Below, in pieces: positions 29,308 to 39,218 of a DNA stretch of 64,000 nt. Source of the stretch: an uncultured Kangiella sp. (lineage in GTDB: Bacteria > Pseudomonadota > Gammaproteobacteria > Enterobacterales > Kangiellaceae); assembly GCA_964476655.1 (NCBI GenBank), contig CAYZBK010000001.1:34054-98053 (forward strand), written 5' to 3'. Every line of letters starts with the position of its first letter. The first letter of the stretch is position 1. The notes under the pieces are model-generated. The model was given only the letters and a program-made list of their open reading frames with translations. It had not been told where the DNA came from and made no database searches. The position numbers and the translations under genes were made by a program.

Positions 29308-30726
29308 TTAAGCTTGAGACTCTCTTTTTTCAATAAAACTCAACGCCATATCAATTCGAGAAATTGTTCGTTGCTGCCCTACCCACTCAAGGGTTAAGTC
29401 AATTGCCGGTGACATACCTCCACCGGTAACCGCTACACGTAATGGCATTCCCACTTTCCCCATTCCAATATCTAGCTCACTGGCTGTTTCATCAACACAT
29501 GATTGAATCACAGACGCACTCCAATCATTGATTGCTAATAATTTTGATTTAATCGTTTCTAACGCCACTTTAGCAACCGGTCTTAAATGTTTTTTTGCGG
29601 CCTTTGGCTCAAATTCATCAAAGTCCTTATAATATGTTGATATCATTTGAGTTAATTCCTTAAGCGTTTGAGCGCGTTCTGCAAACTCAGGAATTAACGT
29701 TTTAAGGTTAGGACCATTAGATAAATCAATGCTTTGGTGATCTAAGTGCCACTGAAGATGAGGCAGTAATTGGTCAAAAGGTGTCGATTTAATGTATTGC
29801 TGATTAAGCCATTTTAATTTATCGGTATTAAATGCCGATGGCGCTTTATTAATATCATTAATATTAAATAATGATTTCATTTCATCCACAGAAAAAATCT
29901 CTTGATCGCCATGTGACCAGCCTAAACGCACTAAATAATTCAGTAAAGCTTCTGGTAAATAACCATCATCCCTATATTGCATAACGCTAACTGCACCATG
30001 ACGCTTCGATAATTTTTTACCATCATCGCCTAATATCATTGGCACATGACCGTATTCGGGTGCTGTTGCGCCAAGCGCGCTAAAAATATTTATTTGTCGT
30101 GGTGTATTGTTTAAATGATCATCGCCTCTAATCACCTGTGAAATTCCCATATCCATATCATCGACAACAACGGTAAAATTATAAGTCGGTGAGCCATCTG
30201 TTCGAGCAATGATTAAATCATCTAGCTCTTTGTTTTCGAAGGTTATTTCACCTTTAACCACATCAGTAAATGTTACCGCGCCCTCTTTTGGATTTTTAAA
30301 GCGAATAACATGCGGTAAAGAGTGATCTTGCTTTGATACCAACAAATCACGACATTTTCCATCATAACGTGGTTTTTGTTTGTTACTCATTTGTGTTTCT
30401 CTGAGCGCATCAATACGCTCTTTAGAACAAAAACAAGGGTAAGCCTTACCTTCAGCCAATAATTGGTTAATAACTTTTTTATAACGATCAAATCGTTTAG
30501 TTTGAAATATTGGACCTTCATCCCAGGCTAAATTTAACCATTTCATGCCGTCCATTATAGCTTCTACTGCTTCAGGCGTAGAGCGTTCAAGATCGGTATC
30601 TTCTATACGAAGGACAAATTGCCCATTGTTTGCTTGAGCATGCAGCCATGAATAAAGCGCTGTTCGGGCGCCTCCAACATGCAGATAGCCGGTTGGAGAT
30701 GGTGCAAATCTTGTTTTAACTGACAT
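29308..30726 (-). CDS. gltX: Glutamyl-tRNA synthetase
   Basis: [20 protein letters not shown] (HIGH region) and KLSKRHG (KMSKS region). 472 aa. ATG start. Confidence 0.93.
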   Translation of the reverse strand: MSVKTRFAPSPTGYLHVGGARTALYSWLHAQANNGQFVLRIEDTDLERSTPEAVEAIMDGMKWLNLAWDEGPIFQTKRFDRYKKVINQLLAEGKAYPCFCSKERIDALRETQMSNKQKPRYDGKCRDLLVSKQDHSLPHVIRFKNPKEGAVTFTDVVKGEITFENKELDDLIIARTDGSPTYNFTVVVDDMDMGISQVIRGDDHLNNTPRQINIFSALGATAPEYGHVPMILGDDGKKLSKRHGAVSVMQYRDDGYLPEALLNYLVRLGWSHGDQEIFSVDEMKSLFNINDINKAPSAFNTDKLKWLNQQYIKSTPFDQLLPHLQWHLDHQSIDLSNGPNLKTLIPEFAERAQTLKELTQMISTYYKDFDEFEPKAAKKHLRPVAKVALETIKSKLLAINDWSASVIQSCVDETASELDIGMGKVGMPLRVAVTGGGMSPAIDLTLEWVGQQRTISRIDMALSFIEKRESQA

Positions 30727-30829
30727 TAATATTTCACTTGTTATAGGTTAAATCTAGATTTAACTAGATATTGATTCAATGTAAGTTATTCTAACAAAAC
30801 ATTCGAAGAAAAAATATTTAAATTAAGGG

Positions 30830-30858
30830 TTGACCCTATCAAAAATTAACTCTAGAAT
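30830..30858 (+). promoter_or_regulatory. Sigma-70 promoter candidate for tRNA-Val with A/T-rich UP-like region and GC-rich discriminator
   Basis: TTGACC (30830-30835), a 17-nt spacer, then TAGAAT (30853-30858), followed directly by GCGCCCC. An A/T-rich tract (30806-30826) lies upstream. The tRNA starts at 30911. Confidence 0.55.
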
Positions 30859-30910
30859 GCGCCCCTCTTGAGAGACAATAGAAAGACAAAATTGATACTC
30901 AGGAAAACAT

Positions 30911-30986
30911 GGGCGCTTAGCTCAGCTGGGAGAGCATCGCCCTTACAAGGCGAGGGTCAGTGGTTCGAGCCCACTAGCGCCCACCA
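30911..30986 (+). tRNA. tRNA-Val (anticodon TAC)
   Basis: GGGCGCTTAGCTCAGCTGGGAGAGCATCGCCCTTACAAGGCGAGGGTCAGTGGTTCGAGCCCACTAGCGCCCACCA. Anticodon stem TCGCC/GGCGA with loop CTTACAA, T-loop GGTTCGAGCC, and an encoded CCA. Confidence 0.92.
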
Positions 30987-30993
30987 TGTTTAG

Positions 30994-31034
30994 AAAGCCC
31001 GTATTCCAATGGTTTACGGGCTTTTTTCGTTTTT
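30994..31034 (+). terminator. Rho-independent terminator after tRNA-Val
   Basis: 10-bp stem aaagcccgta (30994-31003) / tacgggcttt (31015-31024) with an 11-nt loop, followed by tttcgttttt. Confidence 0.75.
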
Positions 31035-31062
31035 AAACTATAAAAAATAAGCCTTAGTTTGT

Positions 31063-31092
31063 TTGACCCAAGTTTAACAATTCGAGTAAAAT
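31063..31092 (+). promoter_or_regulatory. Weak sigma-70 promoter candidate for the edd operon
   Basis: TTGACC (31063-31068), an 18-nt spacer, then TAAAAT (31087-31092), about 100 nt upstream of the edd ATG. The spacer is one nt longer than optimal. Confidence 0.3.
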
Positions 31093-31189
31093 AGAGCCCG
31101 CAAACAATCATTAAATAGACTATATTTACTATTATCCGAAAATTGCAATAATTCACCAATTAATTGAACATCAATACATAGGCATTTAG

Positions 31190-33052
31190 ATGAAATTATC
31201 CATAGACATCGACAAAATTACCCAACGAATTATTGAAAAAAGCAAACCAACTCGTAGCCAGTATCTAGCAAAAATAGCCGCGGCTCAAAAAAACACCCGA
31301 ACCAGAGCGAGTCTAAGCTGTGGTAATTTAGCACACGGCATGGCAACTTGTAGCCCTGCTGACAAAACAATTATTGCCGAAGAGCAAGCCGCAAATATCG
31401 GCATTGTAACCGCTTATAATGACATGTTATCAGCTCACCAACCTTATCAAGAATATCCTGATTTAATTAAAAAAACCGCTGCACGTTCAGGCGTTACAGC
31501 TCAGGTGGCTGGAGCAGTACCAGCAATGTGTGATGGCGTAACACAAGGGCAACCTGGAATGGAATTGTCTTTGTTTAGTCGAGATTTAATTGCTATGGCA
31601 ACTGCCGTATCTCTTTCACATGACATGTTTGATGGCGTTCTTTGTTTAGGAGTTTGTGACAAAATAGTTCCTGGACTGCTAATTGGTGCGTTAAGTTTTG
31701 GCCACTTACCAACCATTTTTCTGCCTGCTGGCCCCATGAGTACTGGGCAAAGTAATGATGCTAAAGCAAAAATAAGACAAGCTTATGCAGAAGGCAAAGT
31801 GGGACGTAAAGAATTACTTAAATCAGAAAGTGCCTCCTATCACGGTGCTGGCACTTGTACCTTTTATGGAACCGCCAATAGTAACCAAATGTTGATGGAA
31901 ATTATGGGGCTTCATTTACCCGGCAGTTCTTTTGTACCTCCATACACCGATTTAAGAAATGCGCTAACAAGCAATGCGGTTGAACAGTTAATAGAAAACA
32001 TGAACCAAAAAGACATTACCCCATTAGCCGAAATCATTACTGAAAAAACTATTGTTAACGGCATGGTTGGTTTACTGGCTACTGGTGGTTCTACTAACCA
32101 TGCAATTCACATCATTGCAATTGCTAGAGCGGCTGGAATTATTGTCGATTGGCAAGATATGTCAGATATTTCAAGTGCCATTCCATTATTATGTCGTATT
32201 TATCCTAATGGAAGTGCAGACATTAACCATTTTCAGGCAGCCGGTGGAATGTCCTTTTTAATGAGAGAACTTAGCCAAGCGGGATATTTGCATCAAGATG
32301 TCACCACTATATTAGGTAAAGGTTTAGAACCTTACTTTAATGAACCGCATTTGGTAGAAAACTCGCAAGCGGACATTTATCGCCAAGAAAGTGATATTGA
32401 GCAATCGAAAAAAGTCATTGAATGGAAAAAAGGCCCTCAAGATAGCCTTGATACTAGTGTATTAAGTACTGCTGACAAAGCATTTAATTCTCATGGCGGT
32501 TTAGAATTATTAAAAGGCAACTTAGGACGCTGTGTCATTAAAACCTCAGCAGTTTCTGATGAGCGTTTAATTATTGAAGCTCCAGCAATTGTCATTGAAG
32601 ATCAAAATGACTTAGCGCCAATGTTTGAAAAAGGTGAACTCAATAAGGATTTCATTGCAGTTATTCGCTTCCAAGGCCCTCAATCGAATGGTATGCCTGA
32701 ACTGCATAAATTAACCCCTATTCTTGCTTCATTGCAAGATGCCGGTCATAAAGTTGCTCTTGTTACAGATGGCCGTATGTCAGGCGCATCGGGTAAAGTG
32801 CCTGCAGCGATTCATTTAGTTCCTGAAGCTTTAGCCGGTGGAAATATTGCTCGAGTTGAAAATGGTGATATGATTCGTTTAGATGCAACAACAGGACAAC
32901 TAGAATTGTTAGTTTCTGATGAAGTATTATCTAAACGAACGCCTTCAATTAAAACATCAATAGAAGATCAATCAGGCTTAGGTAGAGAATTATTTAACAA
33001 TTTTAGAAAAAATGCGATAGACGCAGAAAGAGGCGCTTCAAGCATCAGTTAA
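31190..33052 (+). CDS. edd: Phosphogluconate dehydratase (Entner-Doudoroff)
   Basis: 620 aa, colinear by eye with E. coli Edd (ITQRIIEKS..., SCGNLAHG, YNDMLSAHQPY, PAMCDGVTQGQPGMELSLFSR, GVCDKIVPGLL). Confidence 0.93.
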   Translation: MKLSIDIDKITQRIIEKSKPTRSQYLAKIAAAQKNTRTRASLSCGNLAHGMATCSPADKTIIAEEQAANIGIVTAYNDMLSAHQPYQEYPDLIKKTAARSGVTAQVAGAVPAMCDGVTQGQPGMELSLFSRDLIAMATAVSLSHDMFDGVLCLGVCDKIVPGLLIGALSFGHLPTIFLPAGPMSTGQSNDAKAKIRQAYAEGKVGRKELLKSESASYHGAGTCTFYGTANSNQMLMEIMGLHLPGSSFVPPYTDLRNALTSNAVEQLIENMNQKDITPLAEIITEKTIVNGMVGLLATGGSTNHAIHIIAIARAAGIIVDWQDMSDISSAIPLLCRIYPNGSADINHFQAAGGMSFLMRELSQAGYLHQDVTTILGKGLEPYFNEPHLVENSQADIYRQESDIEQSKKVIEWKKGPQDSLDTSVLSTADKAFNSHGGLELLKGNLGRCVIKTSAVSDERLIIEAPAIVIEDQNDLAPMFEKGELNKDFIAVIRFQGPQSNGMPELHKLTPILASLQDAGHKVALVTDGRMSGASGKVPAAIHLVPEALAGGNIARVENGDMIRLDATTGQLELLVSDEVLSKRTPSIKTSIEDQSGLGRELFNNFRKNAIDAERGASSIS

Positions 33053-33122
33053 TTGACTAATTGATACACAAGGCGATAAATAAAATTTAATTTTAAAAAC
33101 TTATTAAAGAGAGTTATTTATT

Positions 33123-34598
33123 TTGGATAAGATATTAAAAAAACCATTTGATTTAGTATTATTTGGCGGTACTGGCGATTTATCTTTACGCAAGTTACTT
33201 CCATCGATGTATCGTACATTTATTGAAGGTGAAATACCTGAAGGCTCTCGTATTTTAGTTTGCTCAAGGAAGCAAGAATACTTTGACGATAATGATAATA
33301 TTATTGAAAACGCATTCAAAAAATTCATGCCTGAAGATGAATATAACGAAGACTCGTTTAAACAATTTTTAAAATTTGTACAACCCGCCTTGGTTGATGT
33401 TGCAAATTATGATAATGGTTGGGAAAAATTTAAAACTATTTTTGAAGGCCGTGAGGATGTTTCAAGAATCTTTTATCTTGCCATCATTCCTAGTATTTAT
33501 GGTGTATGTTGTCAAAATTTAGGCCGTTCAAACTTAGTCACTGAAGATTCAAGAATTGTTGTTGAAAAACCAATTGGGTACGATCAAGATTCAGCGGAAG
33601 AAATCAATGAACAAATTGCAAAATACTTTGCCGAAGATCAAATTTATCGAATTGATCACTATCTTGGAAAAGAAACCGTACAAAACTTGATTGCTTTAAG
33701 ATTTAGTAATTCATTATTTGAACAGTTCTGGGATGCGAAATCGATTGACCATATTCAAATCAGTATTAACGAACAAGTTGGCCTTGAAGGTCGAGCTGGT
33801 TTTTATGATGGAGCCGGAGCGGTACGTGATATGGTACAAAACCATTTATTACAACTTCTTGGATTAATTGCAATGGAATCACCTAATAAAATGGGTGCCA
33901 ATAATATCCGAAATGAAAAAATAAAAGTTCTGCAAGCCTTAAGACCAATCACTGAAGACAACGTTCAAAAGTACGCCATACGCGGTCAGTACACCACAGG
34001 AACAATTGACGAAAAAGAACAAGCAAGTTATCTCGAAGAGCTAGGTTCAAATGAAAGTCAAACAGAAACTTATGTTGCAATAAAAGCAAATATTGATAAT
34101 TGGCGATGGGCAAATGTTCCTTTTTATATTCGAACTGGTAAATGTTTAAAACGACGTAGCGCTGAAATAGTTATTCAATTTAAAGATGTATCGCACAATG
34201 CATTTGATAGCGATGCAGGAAGTTTAATACCTAACCGTTTAATCATTCAATTACAACCACAAGAGCGAATGCAATTATTATTAATGGCAAAAGACATGAC
34301 CCAATTAAAAACCGTTCTAAAACCGGTTAAATTGGATCTTAACTTCACAGAGTCTTCAAAAGGATTCAAAAGTTTTGGTTACAAACGATTATTGCTTGAT
34401 GCAATTTCTGGAAATGCATCACTATTTATTCATCGTGATGAAGGTAGTGCGGCTTGGGCGTGGGTTGATCCTATTTTAAATTATTGGAAAGATAATAAAG
34501 TTGCTCCGTTCTTGTACCCTGCTGGAACTTGGGGGCCTGAGCAAGCAGATCAATTGCTACGCAATGATGGCCGTGAATGGTTTGATATAGAAAAATAA
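33123..34598 (+). CDS. zwf: Glucose-6-phosphate 1-dehydrogenase
   Basis: FDLVLFGGTGDLSLRKLLPS dinucleotide motif, RIDHYLGKE active-site block and DMVQNHLLQ. 491 aa. The only in-frame start is TTG 33123. Confidence 0.92.
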   Translation: MDKILKKPFDLVLFGGTGDLSLRKLLPSMYRTFIEGEIPEGSRILVCSRKQEYFDDNDNIIENAFKKFMPEDEYNEDSFKQFLKFVQPALVDVANYDNGWEKFKTIFEGREDVSRIFYLAIIPSIYGVCCQNLGRSNLVTEDSRIVVEKPIGYDQDSAEEINEQIAKYFAEDQIYRIDHYLGKETVQNLIALRFSNSLFEQFWDAKSIDHIQISINEQVGLEGRAGFYDGAGAVRDMVQNHLLQLLGLIAMESPNKMGANNIRNEKIKVLQALRPITEDNVQKYAIRGQYTTGTIDEKEQASYLEELGSNESQTETYVAIKANIDNWRWANVPFYIRTGKCLKRRSAEIVIQFKDVSHNAFDSDAGSLIPNRLIIQLQPQERMQLLLMAKDMTQLKTVLKPVKLDLNFTESSKGFKSFGYKRLLLDAISGNASLFIHRDEGSAAWAWVDPILNYWKDNKVAPFLYPAGTWGPEQADQLLRNDGREWFDIEK

Positions 34599-34630
34599 AA
34601 TTTCACAAAAAAAATAAATGGTAATTAATA

Positions 34631-35344
34631 ATGAGTAATATTCAAATTAATAAATTTGATAGTCGAGAGGAATTATTTTCTGCGGTCGCAAACGCATGCC
34701 GCTCTCAACTAGAAAAAGTGCTTAAAGAAAAAAATAAAGCCAGTTTTATTATTCCTGGTGGTACGACTCCTGCTCCGAGTTTTGCTCAGCTAGCCATCGC
34801 AGATATTGATTGGAAAAATATTACTATTGGCCAATCTGACGAACGATGGGTAGATGCCGATCATGAACAAAGCAATCAAGGCTTAACACAAAAAACATTA
34901 CTTATTGACAATGCAAAATCTGCAAAGTATGTTGCTATGAAAAATTCAGCACCTGATCCTTTTGCCGGCGAATCACAGTGTAATAGTGATTACGCCGCAA
35001 TTGCTCCATTTAGTGTCACCATGTTAGGCATGGGATTAGACGGGCATATTGCCTCTTTGTTTCCTAATTCAAAAACAATTGATCAAGCACTTTCACTCAA
35101 TAATGAAAATACTTGCATTGCCATTGATGCTGAAGGATGTAAAGTTGCTGGTGATTTCCCGCATCGAATGAGTTTAACTTTATCCGCTATTGTAAAAAGT
35201 GAATTAATTATATTATTGGTCACTGGCTCTGAAAAATTATCGGTTATTGAAAAAGCCATGATCACTAACGACCCTAAAGTTTTGCCTGTTAGTGGAATAT
35301 TAAACCAACAAAAAACAGCCGTTAAGATTTTTTGGGCTGAATAA
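34631..35344 (+). CDS. pgl: 6-phosphogluconolactonase
   Basis: IPGGTTP, SDERWV and GMGLDGHIASLFP motifs. 237 aa. It lies between zwf and eda. Confidence 0.88.
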   Translation: MSNIQINKFDSREELFSAVANACRSQLEKVLKEKNKASFIIPGGTTPAPSFAQLAIADIDWKNITIGQSDERWVDADHEQSNQGLTQKTLLIDNAKSAKYVAMKNSAPDPFAGESQCNSDYAAIAPFSVTMLGMGLDGHIASLFPNSKTIDQALSLNNENTCIAIDAEGCKVAGDFPHRMSLTLSAIVKSELIILLVTGSEKLSVIEKAMITNDPKVLPVSGILNQQKTAVKIFWAE

Positions 35345-35439
35345 ATAATCATTAGCAGTGTCTCATTAAAGACAAACCAATAGTGACCAACTTTTATAAA
35401 TAGTCACTCAATATTAAAATACAAAAGAGGAATAATATT

Positions 35440-36063
35440 TTGTCATCCGCTATCAAAAATATTTTACAACAATCACGAGTTATTCCAGTTGTGGTCATTG
35501 ATCGTATCGAAGATGCAGTACCTTTAGCAACAGCTTTAGTAAATGGTGGTCTTAATGTCTTAGAGATCACATTGCGTACACCGGTAGCAATAGATGCAAT
35601 TAAAGCAATGAAACAGGCTCTACCAAATAGTATTGTTGGAAGTGGCACAGTGATTGATGCCGCAACGCTACAAGCTTCACTTGATGCTGGTGTTGACTTC
35701 ATTGTAAGCCCCGGCACAAATTCCGAACTCCTTGAAGCGGCAAAACAAAACTCAGCACCACTATTACCTGGCGCAGCGACCCCTTCAGAGGTTATGAACT
35801 TATTACACCATGGTTTTGATACGATGAAATTTTTTCCTGCAGCCGCTGCCGGTGGAGTCAACATGTTGAAATCGATCGGTGGTCCTCTTCCACAAGTAAC
35901 CTTTTGCCCAACGGGTGGAATTTCTTTAGCGAATGCCAATGAATATTTAGCTCTACCTAACGTAGCATGTGTTGGTGGAACATGGATGTTAGATAAAGAA
36001 TTAATTAAGGCACAAGATTGGGATGGCATTACTCAGCTAGCAAAACAAGCCAGCCAATTATAA
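35440..36063 (+). CDS. eda: KDPG / KHG aldolase
   Basis: Colinear with E. coli Eda (VLEITLRT, GSGTV, Schiff-base Lys in MKFFPA, FCPTGGI). TTG start, with AAGAGG 9 nt upstream. Confidence 0.92.
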   Translation: MSSAIKNILQQSRVIPVVVIDRIEDAVPLATALVNGGLNVLEITLRTPVAIDAIKAMKQALPNSIVGSGTVIDAATLQASLDAGVDFIVSPGTNSELLEAAKQNSAPLLPGAATPSEVMNLLHHGFDTMKFFPAAAAGGVNMLKSIGGPLPQVTFCPTGGISLANANEYLALPNVACVGGTWMLDKELIKAQDWDGITQLAKQASQL

Positions 36064-36124
36064 TTGTACGCTTGTTTAATTAACATAAAATAATATATAA
36101 CAGTAATCGTAAGGCAGTTTTATA

Positions 36125-37783
36125 GTGAATAACGAAACAAGAAATCTTGAATCCATGCCTGAATGGCAAGCATTGCAAGAGCATTATCAACAAACAAATA
36201 CTCGACATATGCGCGATCAATTTGCTGATGATGAAAATCGCTTTAATACCTTTTCACTGTCATTAAATGAAATTCTATTTGATTATTCAAAAAATAGAAT
36301 TGATGAAAAAACAATAGAACTGCTTATCAATTTAGCCAAGGCTTGTGATTTACCTAATAAAATTCAATCCATGTTCTCCGGTGAAAAAATAAATGGCACC
36401 GAACATCGTGCTGTATTACACACAGCATTAAGATATCAAGGTACTCAAGCTTTAGAAATAGACGGCAGCAATATCCGCGAAGAAGTTTCTAATGAGCTGG
36501 AAAAAATAAAATCTTTCAGTAACAAACTTAGAAATAAGCAATGGCTGGGTACAACCGGTAAAATTATAACTGATGTTGTTAACATTGGTATCGGTGGCTC
36601 ACATTTAGGTCCACAAATGGTTACTGAAGCACTAAAACCGTTTATTACAGCTAATCTCAAGATGCATTTTGTTGGCAATATTGATGAAAATCAAATCGAT
36701 GATATTCTAAAAAATCTAAGCCCTGAAACAACATTATTTATTGTTTGCTCCAAAACATTTACAACACAAGAAACAATGTTAAATGCGGCAACGGCGCGCT
36801 CTTGGTTTTTAAGTAAATTTAATGATCAATCTCAACTATGCAAACATTTTGTTGCCGTTTCTACCAATAAAGAAATGGTCCTCAACTTTGGTATTGAAGA
36901 AGAAAACATCTTTACCATGTGGGATTGGGTCGGCGGGCGTTACTCATTATGGTCAGCTATTGGTGTTTCAATTATGGTTGCTATTGGCGCTGAAAATTTC
37001 GAACAATTATTAGAAGGCGCTTATGAAACTGACGAACATTTTCAAAATGCCTCTTTTGAAAAAAATATCCCCGTATTAATGGGGTTATTAGGTATTTGGT
37101 ATAACAATTTTTATTCAGCTCAGTCGATTGGTATTTTACCTTATGCGCAACATTTACATCGCTTCCCTGCCTATTTGCAACAAGCCGATATGGAAAGTAA
37201 TGGGAAGTCAGTATCGATAGATGGGCAATCTATACATTATTCCACCGGTCCTGTTTTATTTGGTGAACTAGGCAATCCAGGGCAACATGCTTTTTATCAA
37301 TTACTTCATCAAGGTACTAAATTTGTTCCGATTGATGTATTGGCTGCAATCACAAATATTAGTGAAGAAAATAAACACCAAGATGCACTTATGTCAAATG
37401 TTTTTGCTCAAACCGAAGCGTTAATGCGCGGCAAAAACAAACAAGAAGTCATTGAAGAATTGCGAAACTCAAAATTTACTGATGCTCAAATTGAATCATT
37501 AACGCCTCATAAAGTATTTCCTGGAAACAGACCAAGCAATACTATTTTGTTTAACAAACTTGATCCAAAAACATTGGGTTCTTTAATTGCTCTTTACGAA
37601 CATAAAATATTTGTTCAAGGAATTATTTGGAATATTAATTCTTTTGATCAATGGGGCGTTGAATTAGGTAAACAATTAGCAACAACTATTTTATCTGAGC
37701 TTGATGGCACATCTAAAAATCATTCAGCGCACGATAACTCTACCAGTAGCTTAATTGCCTATTACCAACAAAACAAAGGCTAA
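36125..37783 (+). CDS. pgi: Glucose-6-phosphate isomerase
   Basis: Colinear with E. coli Pgi (DYSKNRI, MFSGEKIN.TE.RAVLH, DVVNIGIGGS, WDWVGGRYSLWSAIG, QQ.DMESNGK, NGQHAFYQL.HQG, FDQWGVELGK). The start is GTG 36125 or ATG 36155. Confidence 0.93.
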   Translation: MNNETRNLESMPEWQALQEHYQQTNTRHMRDQFADDENRFNTFSLSLNEILFDYSKNRIDEKTIELLINLAKACDLPNKIQSMFSGEKINGTEHRAVLHTALRYQGTQALEIDGSNIREEVSNELEKIKSFSNKLRNKQWLGTTGKIITDVVNIGIGGSHLGPQMVTEALKPFITANLKMHFVGNIDENQIDDILKNLSPETTLFIVCSKTFTTQETMLNAATARSWFLSKFNDQSQLCKHFVAVSTNKEMVLNFGIEEENIFTMWDWVGGRYSLWSAIGVSIMVAIGAENFEQLLEGAYETDEHFQNASFEKNIPVLMGLLGIWYNNFYSAQSIGILPYAQHLHRFPAYLQQADMESNGKSVSIDGQSIHYSTGPVLFGELGNPGQHAFYQLLHQGTKFVPIDVLAAITNISEENKHQDALMSNVFAQTEALMRGKNKQEVIEELRNSKFTDAQIESLTPHKVFPGNRPSNTILFNKLDPKTLGSLIALYEHKIFVQGIIWNINSFDQWGVELGKQLATTILSELDGTSKNHSAHDNSTSSLIAYYQQNKG

Positions 37784-37795
37784 TCTAGGAAATAC

Positions 37796-39211
37796 ATGTC
37801 AACTTTTGATTCAGACATTACAGCGATTGTCGGTCAAAACTATGTATTAACAGAACCTGATGACCTAAGTTATTATGGTAACGACAGTAGTAACTTATTT
37901 ACTCCTTATCCAAGACTAATCGTTAAACCTGCCAATACAGACCAAATCGCTCAAATTGTTTCTCTAGCGAATAAACACCAGATCGCAGTTATTCCTTCTG
38001 GTGGACGAACAGGGCTCAGCGGCGGAGCTGTCGCCATAAATAATGAAATAGTCATCTCATTAGAACGTTTAAACAAGATAACAAATTATAACGCCATAGA
38101 TAAAACGGTAGATTGTGATGCTGGTGTTATCACCCAACAATTACAAAAATTTGCTGAACAACAGAGCTTGTTTTACCCTATTGATTTTGCATCTTCTGGT
38201 TCTAGCCAAATTGGAGGTAATATAGCCACAAATGCAGGTGGCATCAAAGTCATAAAATATGGTTTGACGCGTAATTGGGTTGCAGGTTTAACTGTGGTAA
38301 CACCTTTAGGTGAAGTATTAGAACTTAATCAGGGTTTAGTTAAAAATGCGACAGGTTTCGATTTAAGGCATTTGATGATAGGAAGTGAAGGCACTTTAGG
38401 AATAATCACCAAAGCAACAATGAAATTGACCAGCGCGCCAATCAACCCCACAGTCATGTTATTGGCAATAAAAGAACTTGCAGACATTTCACACCTTTTA
38501 AAACATTTTCAATCTCACTTCGAATTGCTAGCTTTTGAGTTCTTTTCACATAAGGCGTTAGAAAAAGTTGTAGAATATTATTCATTAAAAAAACCTTTAG
38601 AAAAAAAAGGCCTCTTTTATCTCCTTATAGAATTTGAAGTAATTAATCATTCTACTCTTGAAAAAATATTATCACTTTTTCAAGCGGCACTTGATGAACA
38701 TTGGTTAATTGATGGTGTTATTAGTCAAAGTCAACAACAAGTAAAAGACATTTGGCAGTACCGTGAAGGAATTTCTGAAGCAATTAATCATTTTACACCT
38801 TACAAATATGATATTGCCGTAGTGCCATCCAAAATAGAAGTGTTTTTAATAAAGGTTGACCAATTTATTAAAAATAATTATCCTAACTTTGAAATTATTT
38901 GGTTTGGTCACATAGGTGATGGAAATTTACATCTAAATATCCTCAAACCATCAAAGCTATCTATAGAGAAATTTAAACAACAGTGTGAAATAGCCAATCA
39001 ATCTATTTATTCAATACTCAAATCCCTCAAAGGCAGCATATCAGCAGAACATGGGATCGGCTTAGTGAAAAAAGATTACCTTATGTTTAGCCGTAGCGTA
39101 CTTGAAATTGAATTAATGAAAGCCATAAAACACGGTTTCGATCCAAATAATATTATGAACCCTGGTAAACTAATAGCAAATACCAGCTCAATAATTACAA
39201 CAAATTTATAG
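37796..39211 (+). CDS. FAD-linked oxidase/dehydrogenase of the GlcD / D-2-hydroxyacid dehydrogenase family
   Basis: FAD-binding PCMH-type N-terminal half (VIPSGGRTGLSGGAV, GGNIATNAGG) and a C-terminal block SISAEHGIG..K. 471 aa. AGGAAA Shine-Dalgarno sequence. 12 nt after pgi. Confidence 0.7.
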   Translation: MSTFDSDITAIVGQNYVLTEPDDLSYYGNDSSNLFTPYPRLIVKPANTDQIAQIVSLANKHQIAVIPSGGRTGLSGGAVAINNEIVISLERLNKITNYNAIDKTVDCDAGVITQQLQKFAEQQSLFYPIDFASSGSSQIGGNIATNAGGIKVIKYGLTRNWVAGLTVVTPLGEVLELNQGLVKNATGFDLRHLMIGSEGTLGIITKATMKLTSAPINPTVMLLAIKELADISHLLKHFQSHFELLAFEFFSHKALEKVVEYYSLKKPLEKKGLFYLLIEFEVINHSTLEKILSLFQAALDEHWLIDGVISQSQQQVKDIWQYREGISEAINHFTPYKYDIAVVPSKIEVFLIKVDQFIKNNYPNFEIIWFGHIGDGNLHLNILKPSKLSIEKFKQQCEIANQSIYSILKSLKGSISAEHGIGLVKKDYLMFSRSVLEIELMKAIKHGFDPNNIMNPGKLIANTSSIITTNL

Positions 39212-39218
39212 GTTTTTT

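Noticed and set aside
29308-30726. Glutamyl-tRNA synthetase lies immediately upstream (50-nt gap) of the M23/ATP-grasp (alpha-L-glutamate-ligase-like) module, which tempts a functional Glu-supply link.
   Set aside because: gltX is an essential housekeeping gene with its own conserved context. ATP-grasp ligases use free amino acids, not aminoacyl-tRNA. The adjacency is most likely coincidental.
30974-31159. A 61-aa minus-strand ORF.
   Set aside because: It overlaps the 3' end of tRNA-Val, its terminator hairpin and the edd promoter region. The product is a hydrophobic low-complexity peptide with no RBS. It is spurious.
35394-36029. A 211-aa ORF antisense to almost the whole eda gene. This is strikingly long for an AT-rich genome.
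   Set aside because: Its product is low-complexity (Pro/Ala/Ser/Gly-rich) with no motif. The sense strand encodes a full-length, motif-perfect KDPG aldolase. In this antisense register a stop needs a pyrimidine-ending codon followed by TA. or CA. codons, and Eda is poor in Tyr, His and Gln. The open frame is therefore most simply a shadow of eda composition. Only ribosome profiling could revive it.
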